Below are positions 1 to 15,003 of a stretch of DNA of 64,000 bases, in pieces (position 1 is the stretch's first letter; each line of letters starts with the position of its first letter). The stretch lies in NCBI GenBank assembly GCA_964016885.1, contig CAXHJY010001131.1, positions 1-64,000 of the forward strand, given 5' to 3'. This DNA comes from Eledone cirrhosa. Its lineage: Eukaryota. The notes beneath the pieces are model-generated. The model had not been told where the DNA came from. It made no database searches and saw only the letters and a list, made by a program, of their open reading frames with translations. A program made the translations under genes and the position numbers.

Positions 1-140
1 TTATTGTATCTCATCCTTGTCCCAGCTCTCGGTGATACAATATATTTGTAACGGTCCAGTCACAAATATATTATATCCTCTATTTATATAATGTTAGTCC
101 TATTATGTGTAGAAACCCTTGTGGATAATAAAGAAATCAT
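1..140 (+). mobile_element. Probable LINE 3' end (CCCTTGTGG..AATAAAGAAAT terminus)
   Basis: Terminus cccttgtggataataaagaaat resembles cccttgtggctaataaatgaaatc(att)n at 52350-52390 and an inverted relative at about 27080-27125. Family not identified. Confidence 0.3.
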
Positions 141-149
141 TTTTTTTTA

Positions 150-545
150 GTACCAGTAATGCACTGGGGTCGATTTAATCGACTTTCCCCTCTACCCAAG
201 TTGTTGGCTGTGTGCCTATAGTAGAAATCATTATTTTTTTAGTACCAGTAATGAGCTGGTGTCGATATAATAGAATTTCCCCTCTACCCATGTTGTTGTC
301 CTTGTGCCTATAGTAGAAATCATAATTTTTTGAGTACCAGTAATGAGCTGGGGTCGACTTAATCGACTTTCCCCTCCCCCCAAATTACTGGCCTTGTGCC
401 TAAAGTAGAAATCATTATTACTGTACAGTCTGAGTTCAAATCCCGCCGAGGTTAACTTTGCCTTTCATACTTACGGGGTCGATCAAATAAAGTACCAGTA
501 ATGTACTGGTTTATTGCTGGCCTTGTGACTAAAGTAGAAACAATT
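150..545 (+). mobile_element. SINE family 1 cluster: three tandem 3'-tail units plus one core fragment
   Basis: agtaccagtaatg...gtcgat...cttgtgccta.agtagaaatcat repeats at about 150, 242 and 333. Core tctgagttcaaatcccgccgaggttaactttgcctttcat at 429. Confidence 0.8.
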
Positions 546-1008
546 ATTACTGTATAACTATTATTGTTATTACTGTATTGCTGTTGTTTGTGATGGTGGT
601 GGAGGTGTAGTGGTGGTGTTGGTGGTGTAGTGGTGGTGTAAGTGGTGGTGGTGTTAGTGGTGGCGATGTAGTATGCATATTTGTAGAGAGTTAGTTGTTA
701 TCATGATAGGGATGGTTATATATATATGCTATTTTTATTTATGATATTTGTTCGATATAATCGGCTTTCCTCTGTTATTGTATTGGTTGGTGTGTTTGTT
801 GTGGTTGTGGTTGTGGTGGTGGTTGTGGTGGTGGTTGCAGTTCTGCTCCTTATGATTATTATTATTGCTGTAGTTGCTGTTGTTTTTATTATTATTAATA
901 GTCGGTGTTGTCATATATGTAATAAATCTATTAATGTGTCATGGGACATATGTAGTATATATATATATATATATATAATATATATATATAAACATACACT
1001 CACACATA

Positions 1009-1181
1009 CAGTGGTGGATTTACTATTGTGCTTAGGTGTGCTTAAATACAGGGCCCCTTTGATCAGGGAAGGGGTATCAATCTTCTTGCCAAAAAATCTT
1101 TTTAAGATGAAATTTTCAAATGTTTTGGGCCTCATAACTTAACTACGACGCGGGCCCTCATTTGTCCTAAAACCAGCACTG
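1009..1181. mobile_element. hAT-type MITE
   Basis: Imperfect TIRs CAGTGGTGGATT / (rc) CAGTGCTGGTTT. Perfect 8-bp TSD cacacata at 1001-1008 and 1182-1189. Confidence 0.7.
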
Positions 1182-1248
1182 CACACATATACTTATATAT
1201 ATATACATATAATCTCGATATATATATATAAATATGTAACATACACAT

Positions 1249-1338
<90 letters not shown>

Positions 1339-1449
1339 TATATAAATATATTTATATTATATTATGTTATATTATATTATGTGCGCGAGTATGTGTGTGT
1401 ATTTGAATATATAAACTTTAATCTGTACTACAAAAAATATTTCGAGATA

Positions 1450-1498
<49 letters not shown>

Positions 1499-1572
1499 TA
1501 AGTAGTAAATACAATACTGGAACAAAAATTCTTTTAGGAGAAAAAATATTCAATTAAAATATCCATTAAAAT

Positions 1573-1607
<35 letters not shown>

Positions 1608-1615
<8 letters not shown>

Positions 1616-1755
1616 TAACAGATTAAAGTTTAAGCAAAGAATCGCTGCTTTCACCATTAAACTTTAATCTGTTATTTTAATAAATATTTGCTCTAGAGTT
1701 CTTATATTTGATATATATTTATCCTTTATTTTAGTCTTCAAATTTATTAAACACA
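1608..1755 (+). mobile_element. Fold-back element family E (3' half of an HHR in the spacer, minus strand)
   Basis: Arms ttaaaataacagattaaagtttaa / ttaaactttaatctgttattttaa followed by a tail. Relatives at 6780-6815, 8785-8845 and 26390-26490. Flanked by (TA)n. Confidence 0.55.
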
Positions 1756-1851
1756 CTTATATATACTATATATATATATACTATATATATACTATATATA
1801 TATAGCAATTTGATAGGTTTGCTATATATTTTGTTACCATTATATATATAC

Positions 1852-1884
<33 letters not shown>

Positions 1885-1901
1885 CATATATATATACACA
1901 C

Positions 1902-1971
<70 letters not shown>

Positions 1972-2124
1972 TTTATGGCTGTCACCGAAATATATATAGC
2001 AGTAATAAACGAAGCCAAATTTTAAACATTTGACTTATTTATTTTATTTTATTTTATTTTATTTTACATATATATACATATATATATACACACACACACA
2101 TATATATATATATAGTCATGTGTC

Positions 2125-2349
2125 AAATTAATATTGTGGGAATGTGGGAATGTAAACAGTTTTATATGAAAACAAGTGATATATACATATTTCAGTACAC
2201 ACACACTAACACACATATATTTATATATTTTATATATACATATATATATATAAATATATGTGTGTTAGTGTGTGTGTACTGAAATATGTATATATCACTT
2301 GTTTTCATATAAAACTGTTTACATTCCCACATTCCCACCATATTAATTT
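2125..2349. repeat. Long near-perfect inverted repeat centred on a (TA)-rich spacer
   Basis: About 95-bp arms: gtgggaatgtgggaatgtaaacagttttatatgaaaacaag... / ...cttgttttcatataaaactgtttacattcccacattcccac. Confidence 0.9.
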
Positions 2350-2365
2350 ATATATATATATATAA

Positions 2366-2471
<106 letters not shown>

Positions 2472-2496
2472 AAATGTATATATATATATAGATATA

Positions 2497-2528
<32 letters not shown>

Positions 2529-2892
2529 AGTATGTATATATATTCCCATGTGTATATGTGAATATGTGACGTTTACTATATATTTTATTTAGTTTAACAA
2601 TATATCTTAATTTTCTTTTTCCTGCGTGAAGTCTAGTAAATATCCAGGTGGTATGAAAGGTGTTGTGTTTATACATGCGTATATAAGATATATTTATACA
2701 TGCGTATATAAGATGTATTTATACATGCGTATATAAGGTGTATTTATGCATGCGTATAAATTACAAATGAATGAAAGTAGAAAAGTCATGTTCAGTGAGG
2801 TGGAAACTTTTAGTAGGTGCAGATGTGGGTTTAGTCGTGTTTGTATGTGTATGTCTGTGGCTGTGTATATATGTGTAAAGGGGCGTGTATAG

Positions 2893-2940
<48 letters not shown>

Positions 2941-2984
2941 GTGTGTTTGTGTGTGTGTATGTATGTGTATATATATACGTAGGT

Positions 2985-3158
2985 CCCGGGTTGAGTCGGG
3001 GATAACCACAGTAAGTAAGGTACTCAATACATGACAGAGTAAAATTTTTTTTTATTTTATAGAAGGAGCTTCTACAGGACTAGTACTGTTTCATTCAGAT
3101 TTCATCTGAATGAAACAGTACTAGTCCTGTAGAAGCTCCTTCTATAAAATAAAAATAA

Positions 3159-3160
<2 letters not shown>
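2985..3160 (-). mobile_element. HHR element family A, fold-back copy with ribozyme core disrupted at the junction
   Basis: Palindrome ...gagcttctacaggactagtactgtttcattcag atttcat ctgaatgaaacagtactagtcctgtagaagctc... plus the family tail (rc of tattgagtaccttacttactgtggtta..ccgactcaacccgg). Confidence 0.75.
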
Positions 3161-3193
<33 letters not shown>

Positions 3194-3237
3194 GTTTGTA
3201 TGTATGTATATATGTATATATGTTTTTATGTCTGTAC

Positions 3238-3304
<67 letters not shown>

Positions 3305-3322
3305 TGTGTGTGTGTGTGTGTA

Positions 3323-3432
<110 letters not shown>

Positions 3433-3699
3433 TGTGTGTGTGTGTGTGTATGCGTGTGTAAATAGAATGAATGTTACCCCAACGAAGGAAGCTAGCCATT
3501 AGAATCATCACACCAACATCTACTGCAGATTCAATACACACACACACACACACACATAAACATACACACACATACACACACACACATATATATATATATA
3601 TGTATTAATGTGCATGTATATATATATATACACATTAATACACAAACACAGACATGCAAATTCACACAACTGCACTCGTACTCCAAACAGCAAGAAGAA

Positions 3700-4510
3700 A
3701 CACTCAAAAACACACACACTCAAAAACACACACACTCAAACACATACACACTCAAACACATACACACTCAAACACATACACACTCAAACGCACACACACT
3801 CAAACACACGCACACTCAAAAACAGACACTCAAACGCACACACACACAAATACATAGACACTCAAACACATACACACTCAAACGCACACACACTCAAACG
3901 CACACACACTCAAACACACACACACTCAAACACACACACACTCAAACACACACACTCAAACACAAGCACACACTCACACGCACACACACTCAACACACAC
4001 ACTCACACACACACTCATATATAAAAGGAAATAAGTCGACAGAACAGGAGTAAATCCGACACACAAGCAGACAAATAGCTTGTCAGACACACAGACACAC
4101 ACAGACACACACAGACACACACAGACACACACACAGACACACACAGACACACAGACACACACAGACACACACAGACACACACAGACACACACAGACACAC
4201 ACAGACACACACACAGACACACAGACACACACAGACACACACAGACACACACAGACACACACAGACACACACACAGACACACAGACACACACAGACACAC
4301 ACAGACACACACACAGACACACACACAGACACACACAGACACACACACACACAGACACACACAGACACACACAGATACACACAGATACACAGACACACAG
4401 ACACACACAGACGCACACAGACACACACAGAGACACACACAGACACACAGACACACACAGACACACACAGACACACACAGACACACACAGACACACACAC
4501 AGACACACAT
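3700..4510. repeat. (CA)-derived minisatellites: CACACTCAAA-type (3700-4015) and CACAGACA-type (4085-4510)
   Basis: Direct reading of the tandem units. Confidence 0.9.
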
Positions 4511-4575
4511 TGACACGCATGCATTTAGATACTCATACATTGGGAGACACATTAACGCACACACAGACAAACATA

Positions 4576-4638
<63 letters not shown>

Positions 4639-4722
4639 GCAATGCAAATACAGAGACTCACACTTACACATATACACATAAACACACATGTTCACACATA
4701 CATAGACACACACGTACACAGA

Positions 4723-4759
<37 letters not shown>

Positions 4760-4762
4760 CAA

Positions 4763-4787
4763 ATGCATGTTCAGCCACATATATGCT

Positions 4788-4867
<80 letters not shown>

Positions 4868-5004
4868 TATATATATATATATATATACAACGACTGTATG
4901 CTCATCCACATACATGCTTACACATACACACACACACATACACAAACACACACACACACACATACACACACACACACACACACACATACACAAACACACA
5001 CACA

Positions 5005-5053
<49 letters not shown>

Positions 5054-5121
5054 GTATATATACAACGACTGTATGCTCATCCACATACATGCTCACACAT
5101 ACACACACACACACACATACA

Positions 5122-5172
<51 letters not shown>

Positions 5173-5261
5173 GTATATATACAACGACTGTATGCTCATC
5201 CACATACATGCTCACACATACACACACACACACACACATACACAAACACACACACACACAT

Positions 5262-5295
<34 letters not shown>

Positions 5296-5380
5296 GTATA
5301 TATACAACGACTGTATGCTCATCCACATACATGCTCACACATACACACACACACACACACACAAACACACGCACACACAT

Positions 5381-5414
<34 letters not shown>

Positions 5415-5452
5415 GTATATATACAACGACTGTATGCTCATCCACATACATG

Positions 5453-5496
<44 letters not shown>

Positions 5497-5497
5497 T

Positions 5498-5531
<34 letters not shown>

Positions 5532-5619
5532 GTATATATACAACGACTGTATGCTCATCCACATACATGCTCACACATACACAAACACACACACACATAC
5601 ACAAACACACACACATACA

Positions 5620-5691
<72 letters not shown>

Positions 5692-5740
5692 CATATATAT
5701 ATACACCAACAGAATGCTCATCCACACATGCAGACACATG
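4763..5740. repeat. Compound minisatellite: constant ~40-bp unit separated by variable (CA)n(TA)n
   Basis: tacaacgactgtatgctcatccacatacatgct at 4886, 5061, 5180, 5303, 5422 and 5539. Degenerate units near 4765 and 5705. Confidence 0.9.
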
Positions 5741-6122
5741 CAGGGGGGACTAGAATGAATAGAAGCTCGTCCTTTGTAGACAGAGAAGAAAAAAGTCCTA
5801 CCCCGTCTTCTATGGAATACTAACAACTCCTTAAACAACACCCTCCCACCCCCTACTCCACGCTAACACCCTTTACACAACAGTCGTACCTCTTATGCCT
5901 TGTTTTTACACCCTCTTTTAACTTGTACTTCTATCAGATAGTAACACACGTTACACAATACCACCGCCCACCCTGAATATAGTTTTTAAAAAATGATTTA
6001 GATTTTGCTATATATAGATGTTATATATATATATGTGCATGTATAAATAAATATATATATATATATGCATAAATAAATATATATATATATATGTATATAT
6101 ATTTATATACATATATGTATGC

Positions 6123-6154
<32 letters not shown>

Positions 6155-6193
6155 TTATATTTATATATATTTATTTATGCATATATATATATA

Positions 6194-6336
6194 TAACTGG
6201 TCGCGCATATATATATATATATTTATATATATATATATATATATACATATATATATAATGTATACATACACACATACACAGACACTCTCACACATTTATA
6301 TATATATATATATATTTATGGATAAATAAACATATA

Positions 6337-6396
<60 letters not shown>

Positions 6397-6473
6397 TATA
6401 TGTTTATTTATCCATATATATATATATAAATGTGTGAGAGTGTCTGTGTATGTGTGTATGTATACATTATATA

Positions 6474-6534
<61 letters not shown>

Positions 6535-6547
6535 GCGCGACCAGTTA
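6194..6547. repeat. Long inverted repeat centred on (TA)n
   Basis: taactggtcgcgcat...cagacactctcacacattta...ggataaataaacatatatgc (TA)n gcatatatgtttatttatcc...taaatgtgtgagagtgtctg...atgcgcgaccagtta. Confidence 0.9.
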
Positions 6548-6710
6548 AGCAGGAATTATAGTTTAGTTATATATAAATATTTGAGGAAAAACAGAATAAT
6601 AATAATAATATTTTATTTGTCACAAGGGCGAGGGAAAATGTGGACTTTACAAGGACAGGCTACATAGTCTGTGGAACCGGTTAATTTTTAAATATAATTT
6701 ATGTACATAC

Positions 6711-6759
<49 letters not shown>

Positions 6760-6824
6760 TGCATATATATATATATATTTATTAAAATAACAGATTAAAG
6801 TTTAAGCAAAGAATTTATTATTAT

Positions 6825-6906
<82 letters not shown>

Positions 6907-6971
6907 ATGTATGTATATATATATGTGTGTGTGTGTGTGTATATATATATATGTGTGTGTGTGTATGTATT

Positions 6972-7080
<109 letters not shown>

Positions 7081-7502
7081 GGGCACAAAAGAAGGGGACA
7101 GGTAGATACATAGATAAATAAATAAATAAATAAATAGGTAGATAGATAAAGTATACATCATGAATAAATATAACACCATCGAACAACAACATTGAATAAA
7201 GAAAGTAAAATAAAGCGGTTAAAATAACGTAAGTACCCTTGGGTAGATAGGTTTATAGGCTGGGGACGTTGAATGTTGAGTATAGACAGGAAGAGAATAT
7301 AAGAGAGTTGTGTGGTTTATATATAGAATCTATTTTAACTGGAGCGACTCACAGTGAATTAAACCCAGACACGCATAAAATATGTACATGTTTATGAATA
7401 TAATTTTATATGTATGTATATATATATATATGTATACATACCTACAATCATATATATATATATTTATATATATTATAATATATTATAATATTTATATTAT
7501 AG

Positions 7503-7574
<72 letters not shown>

Positions 7575-7695
7575 ATATATATTATAATATAAATATATAT
7601 ATATATATATATTATAATATATATATTATAATATATATATATTATACTATATTATAATATATATTATACTATATTATAATTTATATATCATATAC

Positions 7696-7900
7696 ATTAG
7701 TTTAACGCTTGATATTGTAGGAGAAAAACTCTTAAGGTTTCGGACTTCATCAAGATAGAGAATGAGAGATATAGAAGTGGAAAAATAAAAGTAATATTTT
7801 TCTGGGGGGCAAGTATGTGTTGAGAAATGATGAAACACTTCTGTCCGAAACGTAAGACTCTTTTCCTACTATTTCATGCGTTAAACTAATATATTTCCCC
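7696..7900. mobile_element. HHR element family C, diverged head-to-head pair with degenerate cores
   Basis: + copy aTGATGAaacacttctgtccGAAACGTAagactcttttcctactatttcatgcgttaaactaat. Inverted copy at 7696-7755. Homologous to 43530-43600 and 53395-53470. Confidence 0.6.
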
Positions 7901-8708
7901 ATTGTACTGTGTAGTTTGCTTTGTTGCTTCCGTCTACATTTTGCACACACACACACACACACATATATATATACATATATGTGTGTGTGTGTATACTTAT
8001 ATATATATATATATGCGCATATACTCATATGTACACACATGCGCAAGTATATACATAAATGCGTATATGTTTATTCATGTATGTATAATTACAAGTATAT
8101 TTATGTTCATGAATAGATACATACATACATATATATATATATAAGTATATATATATATATATATATGTATGTATACATATGTGTGTGTTTGTGTGTGTGT
8201 ATTTCGTTTATATTTGAACATGCACGCACACGAACATGCACGTCCATTCGTATAAACGTCCATACATACAACCCTATGTATACACACACATATATCTAGT
8301 CATCCATACGTCTAAACATACATTACATACATTATTTGTATTGGAATGCTGTCTTCAGAGACAGTCCGACAATTAAGCAGTGAATTTTCGCAACATTTAC
8401 CGATTGTCTTCTAATTGTCGGAATGTAAACGGTTTTATTTCAAAACAAGTGTGATATATTATTATATATTTTTATATATTTCATTACAACACACACACAC
8501 ACACACAGAGAGACACACAAATAGGCACACATACACACACATACACACACAGACACACATATATGTATATATATATATATATATAATGTGTGTGTGTGTG
8601 TGCCTGTGTGTGTGTCTGTATGTGTCTGTGTGTGGATTTATATATTTGTATGTAGTTATGTATATGAAATATACACACATGCACACATATATATATAGGT
8701 AGGTATAT

Positions 8709-8945
<237 letters not shown>

Positions 8946-9280
8946 GCATATATATATATATATATTTATGTATGGTTTGTTTATATGTATGTTTGTGTGT
9001 ATATATATAAATGTTAGTATGTGTGTTTATGTGTTTGAGTGTATGTGTTTATGTATATATTCATTTGTATATCATCGTATAGAAAATCTCATACATAGTT
9101 TATGTAAGTGTGTATTTACGTGAGTTTACGTGATTGACTGCTATAAATCGTCGTCTTCGTAGCCAGCTGGTTGATATATCGTTTGCCTTAGCAATACATT
9201 GTCGGTATGGATAGTGGCCAGAAACACAAACATTTAAGTGTGTGTACATACACATTAAGTAACAACAGGAAACTCAACTA

Positions 9281-10015
9281 AAGTTGTTGACAATCCACTA
9301 CTGATGTTGACAATTCCCTAGATACGGGGACAATCAACTTGATGTGTTGACAATCAACCAGATATGTTGACAGTCAAATTAATAAGTTGGCACTCAATTG
9401 GTTATGGTGACAGTCAACTAGATGTGTTGACAGTCAACTTGATATGTTGACAATCAACTAGATATGTTTACAGTCAACTAGAAATGTTGACAGGCAACTA
9501 GATATGTTGACAGTCAACTAAATAAATTGACAAATAACGAAATATGTTGACAATTAACCTGATATTAATAATTTATCGGCTATGTTGATAATCAACTAGA
9601 TATGTTGATAGTTGACTAGTTACGTTGACAGTCAACTAGATACGTTGACAGTCACCCAGTTACATTGACAGTCACCCAGTTACGTCGGCAGTCAACTAGA
9701 TATGTTGACAAACAACTAGATATGTTGACAAACAACTAGATATATTAACAATTAACCAAAATATATTGACAGTTAACCATATATGTTTACAATTTATTGG
9801 ATATATTGACAATTAACTAAATATGTTGACAATCAACCAGATATGTTGACAGTCAACCTCATATGTTGACAGTTACCTAGATAGTTGACAGTCAAACAGA
9901 CATGTTGACAGTCAACTAGATATGTTGCCAGTCAACTAGATATTTGGCAGTCAACTAGATATGTTGAGAGTCAACCAGATATGTGGACAGTCAACTAGAT
10001 ATATTGACAGTCAAA
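9281..10015. repeat. 20-bp minisatellite (~35 units), consensus AGATATGTTGACAGTCAACT
   Basis: Regular 20-bp period. Each unit contains the palindrome GTTGAC-A-GTCAAC. Confidence 0.92.
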
Positions 10016-10494
10016 AGAAAGTTAAAAGTTGTGAAAAAAAATGGTAAAAAAAAGATTAGGGTCGATAAAATAAAGCACCAGTAATGCACTGGGTCGATTT
10101 AATCGATTTTCCTCTAATCCCAAATTTCTTGGTCTTGTGCCTAAATCAGAAACCATTTATTATTATAGCAATTCTTTCTAAAATAGGAACGACTTGAGTG
10201 TTTTGTTATGGGGGTAGTTACTCGTTTAAATAGACCCCACTACTTCTTTAATACTATATTTTGTTGACCCAGGAAGTTAGAAATACAAAATTTACCCCAC
10301 AGTTTATTTTGACTTTGAATATTAAGATTTAGTGTAAATATCCCAGTGGTATTTCGTTCAATACGCTAAGAATTTTGCCAAACCATAACCCTTGAAAAAT
10401 AGTATTAAAAATTGTTTCTCTCCTAGGCCATATGTATTTATATGTATGCGTACACGTGATTGCATATGCAAATAAGTATGTAAGTTTATGTACG

Positions 10495-10589
<95 letters not shown>

Positions 10590-10626
10590 CAAGAAAGAGA
10601 CAGTCATGCTAACTAAGTCATTCAGC

Positions 10627-10795
<169 letters not shown>

Positions 10796-10818
10796 TAAAT
10801 ATAATATGTGTGTGTATG

Positions 10819-10875
<57 letters not shown>

Positions 10876-10896
10876 TAAATATAATATGTGTGTGTG

Positions 10897-10961
<65 letters not shown>

Positions 10962-12088
10962 GCATTAAATCAACATTTTATGGCTTTTAAGGTTCCTGTT
11001 AAGGCTTTATCCAGGTTTTAGGCCATTTACATTTAAAAATTAATCTCTTCAATGCGTCTATTTTCTAGTATATTAAACACATTTAAATTCTAAAATTTAG
11101 TTACCTCTTCCCATGTATTGGCTGAATGATTTCATAAACTTGTGTATAAAATTATAGACACTGTCTATAATTTTCAAGTCATTTTGAAAATAATCAAGAA
11201 TTTGCCGGGACTTGGTAACATAACTAACATTTTTCATTATTAAGCTCGTTTTTTGAGCTTCACTTAACAAAGGTTCTTGCATATTATTATGATGGAAGGG
11301 CTTCAGATAAATATAGGTATACCATTTATCCTATTCGTTACAATATTTCTAATGAAAGACATTGCCTATAATTTTTTCTAATTTTTTCTAATTATTTCAA
11401 GAAATAGGGGAGATTTTCTCATTATTCAACTTGTCTTTGGAACATCGTTAAATAGAACATCTTACATAAAATTATGTTGGGTGGTTTTTGACGAGTATAA
11501 ATACTTTAAAATAAAGAATTTTCTATCGTAGAACCTGGAGCGGTTTCAGTCGGTTTAATATCAAAGGATTTAACGAGGATATTTTTACTCTGCAGCCAGG
11601 TAAGAAAGGTACTCATAAGTCTTTTCACGGCCCCTAAAATTGGAGAAAGGAAGGAATGTATCCCCAAATTTGTCCCGGGACCCACAAAAGAATACATACA
11701 TTGTCGGTATTAAACTGAACGACGGATGATACCTGTCACCCAAATAAGTCAGAACCGGATTTCAACTTAATGCGCAAAGTACTAAAACATATAACGTAAA
11801 TCATCTCTTACCACGTTCAAACAATTCCACCGGTCCACTGGGAGGGATTAAGATTGCATGGGCTGGATTAGGCGTGCACGGGGTGGAATAAGCCTGCAAG
11901 AGGTCACTGGCTGATCATTTTATCGGGGGCCCTTACGGTAAGCTGAATATAATATTCATAATTATCGACCCTATTTGCTTAGAAAATCACGGTGCAGAGA
12001 ACCGGAAACATTAAAGCATAACTACCGAATTTATACGCACTAACAACTCTGCTAATTCACCCCAATTGGGAAGCTATTGTATGTATGC

Positions 12089-12169
<81 letters not shown>

Positions 12170-12173
12170 TGTA

Positions 12174-12232
<59 letters not shown>

Positions 12233-12235
12233 ATG

Positions 12236-12270
<35 letters not shown>

Positions 12271-12373
12271 CTGTGTGTATGTGTGTATATTTATTTATGT
12301 ATATATATATATACATAAATAAATACATAAATACTAACATATATGCATACATATATGTATATATATTCATATA

Positions 12374-12444
<71 letters not shown>

Positions 12445-13486
12445 ATATGTATATAAATATAAATATATATATGTATATATATGTGTGTGTGTGTGTGTGT
12501 TTGTGTTTGTGTTTGCGTTTACATTCCATAAATTAGGGTTTAGACAAAAAAGCGATCAATGGAATAACTACTAAAATGTTTTGTGGTCGATATAATTGAC
12601 TAAAGGAAGATGGCCCCACAAAATGGCTGCAATCTAACAACTGAAACCCGTACATGAATTCAAGAAACATTTTTTTCTTTTTTTATTGCCTAATCAGAGA
12701 ACAACGTATAGCGTCGGTGGCCCTTTTCAGGATCTTCTATAGTGATGGTGGAATTAAAGAAGTTATTCCACGAACCAGAAAACCTGACGAAATACATGCA
12801 AGCAACAGTTTGTATTTATTATGTATGCATGTATGTATGAATGTATGAATGGACCCGTTACTCCTGAGGGAGTACTAGGTGCGCTATATCAACATACAGC
12901 GTTTCTTAGGGCTTTTTTCAACCAAGCTGAGCCCATCTCTTTTCCAGGTCTGACTAAATACAGCCGATTTCTTCCAGAGAAGTGTAGAGAGTGAGAGAAT
13001 AGAAGTAACAAAGAGATATAAATGACGAGTCGACTGGTACTTTTTTTATCAACCTTAAATTGATGAAAGGTGAAGTATGCAATAGCTACAACACCGCTAA
13101 AGTCCCAAAAGTTACCAGGTGGTGATGTTAAAAGCGGATGAGATGAGATGAGATTAGTTCTAATGGTTGAGCGATTATTTATCAAGTGGGCTTCCGCAAG
13201 TGGTCGTTATATTCTCGCAATGGTCATTGGCGCTGGTGAGGTAATAGAGGGAACTTCTGGACAAAAGTCCGTCATTTGAATAAGTGTTGAAACTATTCAG
13301 CTAATATATGTAATACCATTAAATACAATTGGCTTATACGGGTTTGTGAGATATAAATATATCCCAATACGCACACACACATATATATACATATATGTAA
13401 GTATTTGTATATATGATATATATATATATATATATATATAATACATATATATATATAATACATATATATATATAATATATATAATT

Positions 13487-13607
13487 GTTTCTAATTTTGG
13501 CACAAGGCCATCAATTACCCAGTACATTACTGGTACTTTATTTTATCGACCCCGTAAGGATGAAAGGCAAAGTTAACCTCGGCGGGATTTGAACTCAGAC
13601 TGTAAAG
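13487..13607 (-). mobile_element. SINE family 1, 5'-truncated
   Basis: Reverse complement of the core: ttatcgaccccgtaaggatgaaaggcaaagttaacctcggcgggatttgaactcag. Confidence 0.85.
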
Positions 13608-13850
13608 GGAATATATAATATATATAATACATATATATTACATATATATTGCATATTATATACATATATTTTACATATATACATATATATTACAAATATA
13701 TTACATATATATTGCATATTATATACATATATATTACATATATATTGCATATTATATATACATATTTCTAACCCAGAAAAGAGAGAGAGAGACACAAAAA
13801 AAAGGAAAAAAATATATTTTTCTTCCTCATAATCGTCTCTTTCTCCCTGT

Positions 13851-13906
<56 letters not shown>

Positions 13907-14319
13907 TATTTAAATATTATATAATTAAATATTTACAAACCAAATTCTTTGTAGTTTACGGGTTAACAGATAATATACTGTACTACATGCAACCCCATTA
14001 ACAAGGCATTTAAAACAGCAATATATTTGCATTACAATAATAAACTAAAGTCTTTACTATTATACTACAAATGTTCACGGTCTGCTCACTAGTAAAGATA
14101 CTATAAATATAGGAATTAACGAACCACATACAACCGCATTAGCAAAAAATTCACGATAAGTACAAATCAGCCCTATGAATGCTTCACATTAAAAATTAAT
14201 GTCTTTACTTAAGTTTCCTGTGCATTTTCCCCAAAATATCTTCACCCATATAGGTACTATAACATTTGAATTAATTCACCTACGTTTAAACATTTCCTGT
14301 TTATTCTTTACAGGATATA

Positions 14320-14707
14320 ATAAGTTATTCAAGAATAAACCCCGCGAGTTTGAAAATCTTTTACAGCATATCTCCATCACTATCCTGCGGGGTAACGCCT
14401 TCGCCCTCCTGTTTACTGGTTCCATGAGGCTACATCCAACAGAGGTTTTTTGTACTTCAGAGAGACATAATGAATAAATAATTAGGGAAGAGAATGGAAC
14501 AACTTATATTTATTCTATCAAAGACGGTTCACTTTTTCTATATTTGTAATAAAAGACATCACCTAACTATTTGAAGAAACCATATAATATACACAGTTCA
14601 CTTTCCAGATATTTATACATTATTCTATGTAATATACATGTAACTTTGATGATTTGTAGTGCACCTGAGCACTGTAAACAATAATTTTCATTATATTATT
14701 ATTATTA
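14320..14707 (+). mobile_element. 3' end of a CRE-like (RLE-encoding) non-LTR retrotransposon with (TTA)n tail
   Basis: Translation PREFENLLQHISITILRGNAFALL resembles the QRISxAIxRGNA C-terminal motif of CRE-clade restriction-like endonucleases. Followed by a 3' UTR and (att)n. Confidence 0.6.
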
Positions 14708-14784
14708 CAACTTGTACTTGTGCCTAAAAGTAGAAACAATTTTATTATTATTGTAACTAAACTTCTCATTATTAAGATGATGTT

Positions 14785-15003
14785 TAGCGGTGGATTGGCA
14801 GTAACGGTAGAGGGTCGGACGCCATGCTTTGGAGCATAGAGTTACGGCCCTTTATGATCTGAGTTCAAATCCCGCCGAGGTTAACTTTGCCTTTCATCCT
14901 TACGGGGTCGATAAAATAAAGTACCAGTCACGCACTGGGGTCGATTTAATCGACTTTCCCCCTCCCCCCAAATTACTGGCCTTGTGCCTATATAAGAAAC
15001 CAT
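14785..15003 (+). mobile_element. SINE family 1, near full length (tRNA-derived)
   Basis: Head gcggtggattggcagtaacggtagag (A-box-like), B-box gagttcaaatc, conserved core and tail. About 20 copies in the window, e.g. 10058, 22305(-), 24003, 24980, 37290, 38175, 41335(-), 45400, 54040(-), 59615(-), 62060, 63420-63810(-). Confidence 0.88.

Noticed and set aside
4886-5580. CRISPR-like repeat/spacer pattern
   Set aside because: The spacers are simple repeats rather than unique sequences, there are no cas genes, and the context is eukaryotic.
9281-10015. CRISPR array or bacterial -35 (TTGACA) array
   Set aside because: The 20-bp units are contiguous with no spacers, and this is animal genomic DNA.
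10970-11700. Non-repetitive AT-rich block with short minus-strand ORFs (possible decayed TE or exon)
   Set aside because: I could not support any recognisable motif or splice structure.
14785-14875. tRNA gene
   Set aside because: A/B boxes are present but I could not draw a cloverleaf, and the head is fused to a repeated SINE body. The same applies to 60240-60312.
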